Source: Octopus sinensis
Taxonomy: Eukaryota
Direction of reading: 5' to 3'
Length of the DNA stretch: 57,578 bases
NCBI RefSeq assembly: GCF_006345805.1
Contig: NW_021835049.1
Location: 1-57,578 of the forward strand
In this document: positions 38,250 to 51,153 of the stretch, in pieces
Layout: each line of letters begins with the position of its first letter
How positions within the stretch are numbered: the first letter of the stretch is position 1
Translations under genes and position numbers: made by a program
Notes under the pieces: model-generated
What the model saw: the letters and a program-made list of their open reading frames with translations, nothing else
Told to the model about the DNA's origin: nothing
Databases searched by the model: none

Positions 38250-38560
38250 AATGTAATAAATAAAATATATGCATACATACAAACATATATGTACGTACCT
38301 ACATCTACATGTATATATACATGCATATATAAATATATATACGTGAGTACAGGACACCACAACTAGACGTAGAACTCAACGAGAAACGAAAACGGAAAAA
38401 ACATTTTTTTACAACAGAAAAACAGAGTACAGATTACATCAGCTGTCACTAGTTCGACTCTAGTGTGTTTCGAAGGCAAGACAGAACACGACTCGCCAAA
38501 CTAATCCTTCCTGCGAGAGAATTAAAATAAAATTACCTCGCAGAGGGGTAAAAACAAGCA
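38250..38560. mobile_element. Unclassified (TA)n-embedded repeat, possibly Penelope-like terminal repeat
   Basis: 38251-38400 is nearly identical to 52640-52795 (gtacaggacaccacaa.tagacgtagaactcaacgagaaacgaaaacg). Confidence 0.7.
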
Positions 38561-38929
38561 AGAAAAAAAAAATATATATATATATCCTTCCCTGCATCAA
38601 TACGTTAAATTTTGTCGATGTGTCTACACATCTGTAAGTCCGTCTATCCGGCTGTCTTTCTCTCTGTATGAACATTTACTACCTGTAACCCGTCATCCAT
38701 CTCACTTCACTCGTCGTCTTTATGTTTCCCGAGACATTTCATTCTACTCTTATCTGCTTATCTAACTCTATCTGTTTCCTATCTTTTTTCTCTAGTTCTT
38801 TCTCTCATCTGCTCCCTTTTTCTTTTCTGTTTTTCTTTTCCTTTCTAGCAGCGCATACATTCATGCATACATTTGAATGTGAGTGCACATACATTTAAAT
38901 ATGTATATACTTTCTTATTCCTTCTCTTC

Positions 38930-39715
38930 TAGACCCGAACGGTGGAAACGCAACGAGGAGACAAAACCACAATCATGTCTTTTACAGATAAGGACGGGTG
39001 CGTGCTACTCGGCTCCGAACAGTAGTTTTCCAGGTTTCCAGCAGCACTTTGCGCGGCTGTTTTGGGGAGGATACTGGATCGACGGTGGTAGTGGACTTTG
39101 GTTCGTACCGCGGCTCTCAGCAGCTGATACGAGGTTATGTGAAAAGCCGATAACAGCACTGAAATTCGGGAGGCGATAGGCGATTGCACAAGTCGTAAAT
39201 CACCCGGTCTGAATGGTCTGCTCTATGAGTTATATGTATTCATGCCAGATTTGTTTGGCGACCTTTTGGCAGAAGTCTACCCCAAATGGCAACAGAACGG
39301 AAGAATTTCTAGTGTTGTTAGCCGCTGTATGGTACACTGCTGAGGAATAATACCGACAATGGGAACGTACAAGGAAACTTTCTGCACATAATTCTGTCAA
39401 ATATAGAGTTTAAGATTTTGGCCAAGGTGTTAGCGAAACTGTTGCATCTTGTCGTCGGTAGCATAATCGAGGAAGCGCAAACGTGCGCAATCCCAAACAG
39501 GTTTATCCACGACAACCTCCACCTTGTACGATACATCATAGGGAGTGTTGGGACCAAAGCTGGCTTCCGGGGTGCTCTGATCAATTTGGATCAATCCAAA
39601 GCATTCGATAGGTTCGAATGCCGTTGCTTGCAAACCGTCTTGAAAGCAGATGGTTTCGGGCCTGTTTACAGAAGCTGGGTCGCCGCAATGCACAGCAGCA
39701 CAACAGCACTTGTTC
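38930..39715 (+). mobile_element. Tx1/L1-clade LINE ORF2 fragment (linker plus N-terminal half of RT)
   Basis: EIREAIGDCTSRKSPGLNGLLYELY (~39160-39235) and ORF 39418-39738 KILAKVLAK...QTCAIPNRFIHDNLHLVRYII...GALINLDQSKAFDR, which are L1/Tx1 RT motifs 0-3. Frameshifted. Confidence 0.88.
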
Positions 39716-40394
39716 GGCAAGGTCAAGCAATACGATGAGCTTCCGTACAATTTCCTACTACCATATTCACTGACAAGGCACTGGTCAAGCCGAGGGAGTG
39801 GTAGAGGACACTCGCACAAGGTGCACCACTCTGGGACTGAAACCAAAACTAGAAGCCTGCTTCTTAACTACAGAGATATGCCTTCACCTATATCTCTAAT
39901 TTTATTAGGCAGTGTCTCTTTCTTATTACTTTGCCTCTCTCTCTGTTTCCCCCCCTCTCTCTCTCTCCCACTCTCCATCCACCTCTCTCTCTCTCTCTTA
40001 ATTTGACTTTGTCTCTTTCTTTAAGAAATAGTGTCCTATTTATCCTTTCCTTAAGTCTTTTTTCTATGCACATTTATCTATTTCTTCAATCGGTCTCATT
40101 CTGCCACGCTATCTGCTCATTCAGATTCACACTGCACGCTAAAAATGTATGTACATACATGTGTGTGTGTATGTGTGTGTGTGCTAGTGTGTGAGAGAGT
40201 GTGTGAGCTTGTATATATATATATATGTGTGTGTGTGTGTATGTATGTGTGTGTGCGTGTGTGAGAGAGCGTGTGAGCTTGTATATATATATTATGTATA
40301 TATATATGTATACAGTTAAATAGATGGAGAGAGAGAGAGAGAGAGAGCGAGAGAAATAGATACATACATGCATATATATATATATATGTATATA

Positions 40395-40432
<38 letters not shown>

Positions 40433-40962
40433 GGCATACATTTATGTATATATGCATAAATACAAACACACATACATTAATATATATATATATACGTATA
40501 TACATTCACACAACCACATACACACATACACATACATATACCAAGGTAGAGGCACATAAGAACATATAAATACACAGATCCACTAAAATTCATTGCACAT
40601 TCCTCTAAATGCCTCTAAACATTTTTAAAGTAAAAAGGAACTGAGCTCCTAGGAGAACTTTACTAACCACAAACCCTGACCTCAACCATAAACTATACAA
40701 CGAGAACAAAAACGATAAAATGACAGCAAATGACAACAGCAACAGCAACAACAACAACAACAAAGACGTGAAATTATTCAAGTCGTGACAACACATTAAA
40801 AGTCAGAAACTCTCGTAGATTCCATTCTCCAACTGGACATTTCTTTAGATTTCTTCACTTTTCGGAAACTGCTTGCAGGAACCAACGAAACGTGAAATTT
40901 TTATAGAAAAAAAACCCCAACTGGAACTAATACTGCATTTATGTATGTAGCATGTCAGTATA

Positions 40963-41000
<38 letters not shown>

Positions 41001-41043
41001 GAGGGTTGTATGCATGTCTATATGAAAGCTTGCATGTATATAT

Positions 41044-41079
<36 letters not shown>

Positions 41080-41199
41080 TATATAATATATATAAAATAC
41101 ATACCTGTATATATATATTAGATAGGTAAGTGGGCAAATATATACACATCATACGCACATATGTGCGAATGTTTCTTTATATGTATATATGTGTGTGTG

Positions 41200-41230
<31 letters not shown>

Positions 41231-41246
41231 TGTATGTATCTATCTA

Positions 41247-41297
<51 letters not shown>

Positions 41298-41837
41298 GTT
41301 TAATATATATATGTTATATATGTCATTTATATATGTTTTAATATATGTGTGTTTGTGTGTTATATATGTATATATATATATATGTTATGTATCTATATCT
41401 ATATTATAATATACGTTATATAGATATCGCGTGCGTGTCCGTGTGCCTTTGTGTGCGTATGTGTGTGTATCTATCTGTCATAAGTAGCTATGAAGGCATG
41501 CACATAAAAACATATGTACGCATGCTTGTGTGTGTGTGTTTGTATTCATACATATGCATGTGTATGTGAGTGTGCATTGAGACGTATTGAGAACTTCACT
41601 ACGAACTAATTTTATTTTGCTTCTTTAAGTTTTTCTTCTTTGCTCACATTTTAGTATGAGTTTCCATCCAATTTGAATAGAAGAGCAAAGTTCCTAAATC
41701 TATCACCAACGTTTCTAAACCTTCATAGTCGCATCTTCAAGATGAAGTTTTGTTAGCGTGTATTTATGCCGTTATATAAAAGGCAGGGCCAATGTGTATG
41801 ATGTAGACACTAACACCGTTAGAGAACATTGTATATC

Positions 41838-42069
41838 TTACATTTTTACTTATTTCAGTGGCTGGACTGTGGCGACGTTAGGACACGGCCTTAAAAGGTT
41901 TTTACTCGGGTTAATCGACCCCAGTAATTATTGATTTTTTAAAAACCTGGTACTTATTCAGTCCCCCTCTTATGCCGAACCGCTAAATTACGTGGGTGTA
42001 AAGAAGCCAACGTCGGTTGTCAAGGAGGGATGTAGGACAAGCACAGAGACAAAGACAGACAGATAGATA

Positions 42070-42103
<34 letters not shown>

Positions 42104-42112
42104 ATGTATAGG

Positions 42113-42176
<64 letters not shown>

Positions 42177-42197
42177 CGGAGAGATAGATAGATAGAT

Positions 42198-42271
<74 letters not shown>

Positions 42272-42284
42272 CGGAGAGATAGAG

Positions 42285-42315
<31 letters not shown>

Positions 42316-42516
42316 CATACATACATACATACATACATACATACATACATACATACAGGGCTTTTTCAGTTTCTGTGTACCAAATTCTCTAAGCAGGCAC
42401 CTGTCGGAAGGAAGCTATTGCACAAGACGCTTCCTCAAGATGACTTTCAATGAGACTAAACATGAAACCACTTGGTTGCAAAGCAAGCTTCTTAAGCACA
42501 CAGCCATGCCTACGCC
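41838..42516 (-). mobile_element. SINE family A, old copy, spacer expanded to ~300 bp of (CA)(GATA)(CATA)
   Basis: Tail at 41838-41900, gccgaaccgctaa at ~41974, head cacacagccatgcctacgcc at 42497-42516. Confidence 0.78.
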
Positions 42517-42776
42517 TAGAGAAGCCAAAATATTCGATGACCTACTGAAGGTGTGAGAAACACTACTGGAATGCTTCACTAAGACCTAAGACATTGTGAA
42601 GTGAAGAAACATCAAACTTTTGGAAATAGCACCACCATATTGCTTTCAAGCTGCTTACTCTCAATGAATACAGACTTGACAGGAATATTTTACAAAGTAT
42701 AAGTGTGCCCTTGGTATATATATATATATATTGATAGCATGCGCTGGATTCACACCCAATAATAATAATAATAATG

Positions 42777-42833
<57 letters not shown>

Positions 42834-42844
42834 TAATATTAATA

Positions 42845-43370
42845 AATGCCCTGATGCAGTACCAGGCAGTGGCTCTCATGGCTTCTAATCTTAACTGATT
42901 GGAAGTGTTATCATGTACATTGTTTTGTCTTGGTATAAAAGATGGGCTACAGCAAATATTCTGCTCAATACCACAGATTTGCTTGTCAGTTGTTTGACCT
43001 TAACCCGTTGAGCATGTCCCTTAGTGGCTGACGATATGTGCATCTCTGATCACGAGCAGAAGGATTCTTTGGGGCTTGAATAATTCACCTCTGGAAACAT
43101 AGGTATTTCGTTCAACGTCCTTAAACAACCCTTATTCAGGGACCTTTTGAGCGGGATGGGTTACTCGATCTGAAGAAAATTCTAACTGGGCTCCACCTGC
43201 AAGGTCATGTGCTGTTTATCTTGATATGAGATCACCATGTCGCGCACATATGGTGTGTGATGCATGTGCCTGGTGTACCCTTATCAGGAAGGGTAGTCAT
43301 GATGGGTATACTGGGCTTCGTATATTTTACCCCAGTGTCACTTTGATGGCATGCTCTGCTCGCTCACTCA
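42845..43370. mobile_element. Unclassified ~550-bp non-coding repeat flanked by (TAA)n, copy 1
   Basis: atgccctgatgcagtacc...ctcgctcactc. About 85-90% similar by eye to 43483-44030. A ~35-bp block present in copy 2 is missing here. Confidence 0.85.
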
Positions 43371-43410
43371 ACAATAATAATAATAATATAATACTAAAAT
43401 AATAATAATG

Positions 43411-43482
<72 letters not shown>

Positions 43483-43485
<3 letters not shown>

Positions 43486-44030
43486 CCCTGATGCAGTACT
43501 AGACAGGTGCTCTCGTGGCTTCTGATCTTAACTTTTGGAAGCGTTATCATGTACATTGTTTTGTCTTGATATAAAAGATGGGCTACAGCAAATATTCTGC
43601 TCAATACCACAGATTTGCTTGTCAGTTCTTTGACCTTAACCAGTTGACCATGTCTGACGATATGTGCATCTATGGCCACGAGCAGAAGTAGTGGGGGAGC
43701 ATCATAGCCGTGTGTTGAGAGGGATTCTTGGAGTTTTTGATAATTCACCTTTGGAAACATAATGGGTGGTTCGTTCAACATCCTTAAACAATCCTTATTC
43801 AGGGACCTTTTGAGCGGGATGGGTTACTCGACCTGAAGAAAATTTTAACTGGGCCCCACCTGCAAAGTCATGCGCTGCTTATCTTGATATGAGATCACCA
43901 TGTCACGCACATATGGTTGTGATGCATGTTCGTAGTGTACCCTTATCAAATGGGTAATCATGAGGGGTATACTGGGCTTCGTATATTTTATCCCAGTGTC
44001 ACTTTGATGGCATGCACTGCTCTCTCACTC
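43483..44030. mobile_element. Same (TAA)n-flanked repeat, copy 2
   Basis: Direct repeat of 42845-43370. (TAA)n at 43370-43483 and 44030-44060. Confidence 0.85.
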
Positions 44031-44061
<31 letters not shown>

Positions 44062-44274
44062 TGATGATGATGATGATGAGAGGATGATGGTGATGACGAT
44101 GATGATAATGATGATGATGACGATGATGATTAAAGCATAACAGACCGGACCTAGTAGTGGTGGTTAAGGTGTACCACATGTGCTATATAATTGATCTTGT
44201 GTGCTCCTTTGACCCACGGTTAGTCAAGAAAGAAAGTGAGTAGATCGATATATATACAGTCTTCTTGAGTAAGA

Positions 44275-44400
44275 AAGAGTCTGTCTATAGAAAATGAAGA
44301 AGGTGAAGATGTAGAGCTGTTACAAAACATTTGCCTCCTTGGCACGACCACAATAATCAAGAAGTATTAGTTTAAAAGAACAGATAGCGTGACACCGTAG
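44275..44400 (+). mobile_element. Possible short RTE RT C-terminal remnant
   Basis: SIENEEGEDVELLQNICLLGT resembles the RTE I.IDGEEIEVV..F..LGS block. Confidence 0.3.
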
Positions 44401-44474
44401 GCTGCAGGTTGCAAACCCGCTACGCATGCAAAACTCCAAGAGTTCCAACAAAACCCGAGTTATAAACAACAACA

Positions 44475-44519
44475 TCAATAATAATAATAATAATAAGAAT
44501 AATAATAATAATAATAATA

Positions 44520-44551
<32 letters not shown>

Positions 44552-44916
44552 TAATAATAATAATAAGTATTATATTATTATTATTATTATTATCATTATT
44601 ATCATTATTATTATTATTAGTATTATTATATTATTATTATTATTATTATTTTATTATTATTATTATAATGATATTGGTAACGCTGCTGCCGGTGATGATG
44701 GGTTCTTTAATTGGTAACAAATAGCCAAGAGACCGGGGACATTAGGAGGTGAAATAGAAAAGGAAAAAGAAAAAAAAACGGAAATAAAACGAAAACAGGA
44801 AAAAAAAAAAGTAAAACAGGAAACAGTGAAGGGTTTACATCGAGTAATTGGGTAAGATCAACAAAACAATAAAGGGCCATTAACACCAATAACGAATACA
44901 AATAATAATAATAATA

Positions 44917-44976
<60 letters not shown>

Positions 44977-45055
44977 TGATAATAATAACAATGATAATAA
45001 TAATAACAATGATAATAATAACAATGATAATAATAATAACAATGATAATAATAAC

Positions 45056-45099
<44 letters not shown>

Positions 45100-45135
45100 T
45101 AATAATAACATTAATAATAATAATAATAATAATAA
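44475..45135. repeat. (TAA)n/(ATT)n tracts, including a 15-bp higher-order (aacaatgataataat)n
   Basis: Read directly at 44475-44670 and 44900-45135. Confidence 0.93.
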
Positions 45136-45799
45136 TTGTTCCTGATTCTGATACAAGGCCAGCAATTTTGCTAGGTGGAGGTTGGTCGATACCATCAACG
45201 CCATCTACGCGTCAATAAACTTATTGAGACAGCTCAATATATGTTGTACATAGCTTTTAGCTAAATATGATTTACGTTCGAAGATGTCGCTCTTTCTCTC
45301 TCTCTTTCCCGTTCTCCTTTTCTTACTATCTTTCTCTGTCTCTGTCTCTGTCTCTCTCTCTCGCTGCCTCTCTCTGTGCCTCTCTTTGTGTTTTTCGCTG
45401 CCTCTCATTCCCCCTGTATGAATGTTCACTTCTCTATATCATTTCCTCTCTTTCTCTTCTCCATTGATCATTTTTTTCTCCCTTTCCCATTCTTTTAGAT
45501 GAACCCTCACATCTCTTAACAAAAAGGGTTAGCTCCCCTTTCATGCGACACAGAAATCGATGCAAATAATAATGATAGCGGGAATGTAGGCGGGAAACAG
45601 GCGGAGTATAAGTGGCGGTGGCAGCATATGAGGTGGTGGTGGTGGTGATGGTGGATATTAAGGATACAGGAGCAAGCAGTAAAAGCTGTGAAATTTGATT
45701 GATGTCATATAACTAAAGATCAATTGCAAATCAATAATTCATGTGTCGGTGATAATGTTAAGGTTAGTTCGGCGTTAAATAATGAATTCACCGAGCAAA

Positions 45800-46800
45800 A
45801 TCACTATCATAAAGGGGGTTTCATTAAGAAAATTGCCCCGACAATACCACCGACACCAACTCCTGTACCAGCACCTGCAACACAGCACATCATCAGTATT
45901 ACCAACACCAATACTACCACCACTACCCGTAACATTTCCAGTATTAGCACTACCACCGCTACCATTATCATTATCACCACCAGCATCATTACCAACATAG
46001 CCACTACCGAAAGCATTTGCATGTTTTCCTCTAACAAAGCCATCATCACCATAAATGCCTCCACTTCCACCAACATCTTCACCTATACAGCAATCACCAA
46101 CCTTAAAACCATTATCAATAACAACAACAACACGAACAACACCATCATCAGTACAACCCCCTTTATCACGATACCACTGTACTACCACTACCACAATACC
46201 AACCCCTATACAAATACCACAGCTTCAGCACCTACATCAACACTATTGCCAGTACAGCTAACCACCATCACTACCATCGCAATCTTCACTACACCACCGC
46301 CACCGCAATACATCAACATTAGTGTGACTACAGTTGCTACTGCCACCGCTATCACCACTATTAGTACGTCTACCAGCGCTAACACACTACCTCCCATACT
46401 ACAGCAACACCATCAAGGTACCATCGCCAACACAAACACTAGCACATGTAACACAAACACCAATACTACTACCAAACCGCTAGCATATATGCTATTACTA
46501 CAAGTACCACAAGACAACCACCACCACCACCACAATCAAAGGTAGCATTACAACCACGACAACCACAACATCATAAACATATATACCACCACCGCCACCA
46601 TCACGACAGCTTATAACACCACCATCAACAACAACAACAACAATGCAATTACCACTACTAATACTACCACTAACAAAACCATGCCAACACCAACATCATC
46701 ATACCATCACCACCGCCACCATCATCCACACGCCACTACATCTTCCACTTCAAACACCACCCCAACCTCCATTACCAAGCAAACACCCACCGATAGATAT
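45800..46800. repeat. ~1-kb degenerate (ACC/ACT/AAC) low-complexity tract
   Basis: Read directly. Source of the Thr-rich ORF 45724-46545. Confidence 0.85.
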
Positions 46801-46965
46801 GATAAACGTTTTAGGGTCAATTTCACAAATTAACACCTCCCGGACACGAATAACTGTATCGTTTAAGTTTTTATGTATTTGGTTATCTCCTCTTTATGTT
46901 TGTCATATTTTATGTCCTACTTAATTTACATGTTGTGTGTATATTTGTTGTTTGATGTTCTGTGT

Positions 46966-46999
<34 letters not shown>

Positions 47000-47329
47000 G
47001 TGTGTGTGTAAGTAAGTGTGTTTGTGTGTGTTTGTATCTATATATGGAAATGTGTATGTATGTAAGTATGTATGTATGCATGTATGTATGTATGTATGTA
47101 TGCATGCTTGCTTTATATATGTATATATATATATAACAAAACCATGCCAACACCAACATCATCATACCATCACCACCGCCACCATCATCCACACGCCACT
47201 ACACCTTCCACCTCAAACACCATCCCAACCTCCATTACCAAGCAAACACCCACCGATGTATATATATATATATACATATTTATATATATATACATATATA
47301 TACATATATAAATATATACATATATATAT

Positions 47330-47368
<39 letters not shown>

Positions 47369-47899
47369 TATGTGTGTGTGTATGTATATATTACACACAT
47401 GCACATTTGTGTGTGTGAGTTTATGGTTGTGTGAATGCATGTATGTATTTATGCATGCATGGGTAGATAGACGGATCATTGGATGGATGCATGGTGGATG
47501 CATGGATAGATGGATTGATGGATGGATGAATCCTGTTTATGTATGCCCATATGAATGTGTGTATCCGTGTATGTGTGTGTGTGTGTGTGTGTGCACGTGC
47601 GCGCGTGTACGTTTCTATCTGTAATTAATGTATGTGCTTGTGATTGAAAATGAAATTGTGTCTCGGCTTCCTGTGGACAATAACAAATGTGGTTGTGCGT
47701 TTACGTATGTGCTTGTGCGCATATGTAAGTGCCAATATATATATGCACATATTCGTGTACATCGTTAAACGTGAATATATGTGAATATTGTCGTACGCAT
47801 GTTATAATATATTATGTTTGTATTTGAGGAACATATATAAGTTTCACTTATGTGTGTGTACTTATGTGTGTCTGTATGTGCATTTACACGCGCGCGCAA

Positions 47900-47949
47900 T
47901 TTGAGTGTGTGTGTGTGTGTGCATATATATATATGTGTGTATATATTAT

Positions 47950-47980
<31 letters not shown>

Positions 47981-47999
47981 ATATGTATATATATATATG

Positions 48000-48065
<66 letters not shown>

Positions 48066-48135
48066 TATTATATATATACATATATATACATATATATATA
48101 TTATATATATATATATATATATAATATATATGTGT
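47900..48135. repeat. (TA)n field
   Basis: Read directly. Confidence 0.95.
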
Positions 48136-48940
48136 GTAGATTGATTCATTTACTTATTTTATATTTGCTTTTTTTCGTTGGTTATTGATCCGAACAGAAT
48201 TATAGTCTTAACGGTTTATACTTGGAAAAAGAGGAAGCTAGAAAGAAAATGGTGTATTTAGAAAGATAGAAAGACAGGTAGAGAGGATTAGATGGGGAGA
48301 AACAACAAAAAAAAAAAAAACCAAAAAAAGGGCAGGAGAAAAGAGAGGAGAAAGGAGAAGGAAAGAACAGAAATAGACGGAATAGACAAAATAAAAGAAA
48401 AAAAACATATGTAGAAATACGAAATATGATTTGTACATAGAAAAAGAATAACGAAGATGGGAGAGAGAGAGAGAGAGAGACAGAGAGAGAAACAGAGTAA
48501 GGGAAAAAGAGAAACAGATGCGTGAGAGAGAGAGACAGTGAAAAACAAATAAATTTAGTGTATTTCCGCCATTTTATCCGTCAATGTTTGTTTCTCTTTA
48601 AGTTATGTGTTTAACATAATCAATAATACAAGCTGCTACGTGTACATACAGATGTGTGTGGCGGGGTGGTGGTGGTGGTGGTGGGTGGTGCTGAAGGAGG
48701 TTGGTGGGGGTTTGTGTATCATAATAGATTCAGGTGTCATTTTCAGATGCAACGTCCATAAAAATTATTTGGCTCCTACGTATATGTATGTATGCATGCA
48801 TGCATGCCTCTACGTACGTACCTATGTATGTATGTATGTATGAATGTATGTATGTATGTATGTAAACATATATGTGTATGTGTGTGTATGCATGAATACA
48901 AAAATATTTTGAAGTAAAAAACAAAATTTCTTGTATTATC

Positions 48941-48993
<53 letters not shown>

Positions 48994-49504
48994 CATCATT
49001 ATTACTATTATTATCATATTCTCTTCTGCTTAAAATATTCAGTGTCAGAATCGTTTTGATAAATGCTCATGAGATTACTGGATTTTTGGCAGGATTTTTT
49101 AAAGATTACTGAAGTAAATAGAAGATTATGGATATCTGAGAGAGTTTGTAGGGTGGGTTGAAACAATGCATAGAATGAACAAACAAAACAATAAAAGGTG
49201 AATACATTGGGAGTAAGGCATAAATATGTAGGTAAATGAATAATTGTAGTCTGCACAGGCTAGGAAAAGAAAAAAAAATTAAAATAACATGATGACGATG
49301 ATCCGTGAGTGCAGTATCATTAATGAAAAAAAAAAAAAAAATAATAATAATAATAATAATAATGATACATTTTGCATGCGAAGGGGAAAATGTTTTATTG
49401 ACCATTATTGATACACATATTACAGCACATACCAATATCTATATTTACATTCGACATGAATAATGCCTTGTGTGCGTATATATATATATATATATATATG
49501 AAAG

Positions 49505-49559
49505 AAAAGATAGATAGATAGGTAAATAAATAGGTCAATAGATAGATAGATAGATAGAT

Positions 49560-49619
<60 letters not shown>

Positions 49620-49768
49620 GTTTCTTTATTGGCCACATAGGGCTGCACACATATGGGACAAATTACAAGGTAGAGCTTTTCTTTTGGGGGATGAAAAAAA
49701 CAAAAAACAAAAAACAAAAGAAACAAAAAAAGTGGCGTAGGTTTTCGATCAAAAGGGATCATAAAAGG

Positions 49769-49800
<32 letters not shown>

Positions 49801-49887
49801 CATACATACATACATACATACATACATACATACATACATACATACATACATAGGTAAATAGATAGAGATAGGTAGATAAATAGGTCA

Positions 49888-49930
<43 letters not shown>
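49505..49930. repeat. (GATA)n/(CATA)n field containing the 49617 insert
   Basis: Read directly. Confidence 0.95.
49617..49770 (-). mobile_element. 3' end of a retroelement with AATAAA running into (ATCT)n; candidate Tx1-type LINE tail
   Basis: Minus strand ...gcagccctatgtggccaataaagaaactt followed by atctatct. (GATA)n on both sides. Confidence 0.5.
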
Positions 49931-50158
49931 TGAGTGTATCCTAGATATAACTTAATACTATATCCATTCTAGGGGCCTATTTCCAAGAGTTCCAGGATAT
50001 TAAGGAGTGTGGAACAACCCCCTAGCCACTATTGTTCTCAAGTTTTTTTCTGATCCGGAACAGTAGCACCTATCAGAGCCTCAGCTATGGATTAATTAGT
50101 CTCATCTATGGGTTAATTAGTGAGTAATTCGGGTAGATGGAGCTTGTTATCCTGGAAG

Positions 50159-50498
50159 TACGAGGGTGGATCAAAAAGTAATGCCATTTTGTTTAAAATA
50201 AGTATAATTACCAACGAGGAATATGTATCATACACCACAATGAAGCTGGTCCTCTATGGATCACATCCCTACTTATCAACATAGTCATCGTTTCTCTCAA
50301 TAGCAATGCTCTGCCTTTGAATGAGAGCATGTATCCCTGCCCCGTAAAATTCTGTTGACTGTTCTTTGAGCCTCTTCTTCACTACCTCTACACTCACCAG
50401 ATTTAGCGCCTTCAAACTATCATCACTTCGCCCCCGTGAAAGAGGGTTTGAGAGGCAAACGTTATTCCAGTGAAGAGGAAGTGAAAACTGTAGTAAAG
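50159..50498. mobile_element. Mariner transposon 3' end with TIR, internally inverted
   Basis: TA followed by cgagggtggatcaaaaagtaatgcc (mariner-type TIR). Minus strand 50270-50385 reads VKKRLKEQSTEFY..GIHALIQRQSIAIERNDDYVDK. Plus strand 50385-50498 reads HSPDLAPSNYHHFAPVKEGLRGKRYSSEEEVKTVVK. Confidence 0.85.
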
Positions 50499-50781
50499 CA
50501 CTCCTCAGACACGTGTACCCTTAACGTAGTTCTCGGGGAGAGTCAGCGTGACACAGAATGTGACAAGGCTGGCCCTTTGAAATACAGTTACAACAGAAAC
50601 AGGAAGAAAGAGTGAGAGAAATTTGTGGTGAAAGAATGCAGCAAGGGTCGCCACTTTCCCTTGTCGGATCCTCGTGGTGCTTTAGATGTTTTCACTCAAT
50701 AAACACTCACAACGCCCAGTCTGGGGTCGAAACCGCGATCCTACGACCGCTGCCCTAACCACTGGGCCATTGCACCTCCAC
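50499..50781 (-). mobile_element. SINE family B head with a different tail
   Basis: Head ctaaccactgggccattgcacctcca. Tail cacgtgtacccttaacgtagttctcgggga is unrelated to the tail of the 34306 copy. Confidence 0.85.
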
Positions 50782-50821
50782 GATTTGCGTATAATTCGGA
50801 GTAGTTAAAAGAGTAATTGAG

Positions 50822-51153
50822 AACGAAGACTTCTTCGGTCATGAATGGCTATGGAATTCCAGCAAGAATGTTACCCCTGATGCACAAGTCCGGGAAAGGA
50901 CGTTTATGGAAGATCAGCAGTCGCCCATACATACAGCGTCCCTTCTCCATGTCACTGATGTTATCTAAGGGAAAAGCCGATACAGCTTTACACAAGTGAC
51001 GTCATAACTCATTTCTACAGTTGAGGGACCTGGAGCAACGTGAAATAAAGTGTCTTGCTCAAAAACACAACACCGTACCCGATCCGGAAATCGAACTCAC
51101 TACCTCATGATTGTGAGCCTGACGCTCTAACCATCGAACCATACGCCTTCACC
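50822..51153 (-). mobile_element. SINE family D, third tail type
   Basis: ggagcaacgtgaaataaagtgtcttgctcaaaaacacaac...ctctaaccatcgaaccatacgccttc. Confidence 0.8.

Noticed and set aside
42845-42910. HDV-like ribozyme at either end of the TAA-flanked element
   Set aside because: I could not trace a nested double pseudoknot by eye.
43368-43781. 137-aa ORF (MLNEPPIMFPKV...)
   Set aside because: Lies in the TAA-flanked repeat. The same frame is broken in the sister copy, and its end is (ATT)n.
45724-46545. 273-aa Thr-rich, mucin-like ORF
   Set aside because: Degenerate ACN tract that cannot easily generate stops. Non-ATG start, no splice signals or domain, and similar tracts occur at 9050-9560 and 20120-20460.
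5390-48149. Dozens of ORFs rich in YI, CV, HT, YVCM and LSIY
   Set aside because: They are translations of (TA)n, (TG)n, (CATA)n and (GATA)n, which lack stop codons in some frames.
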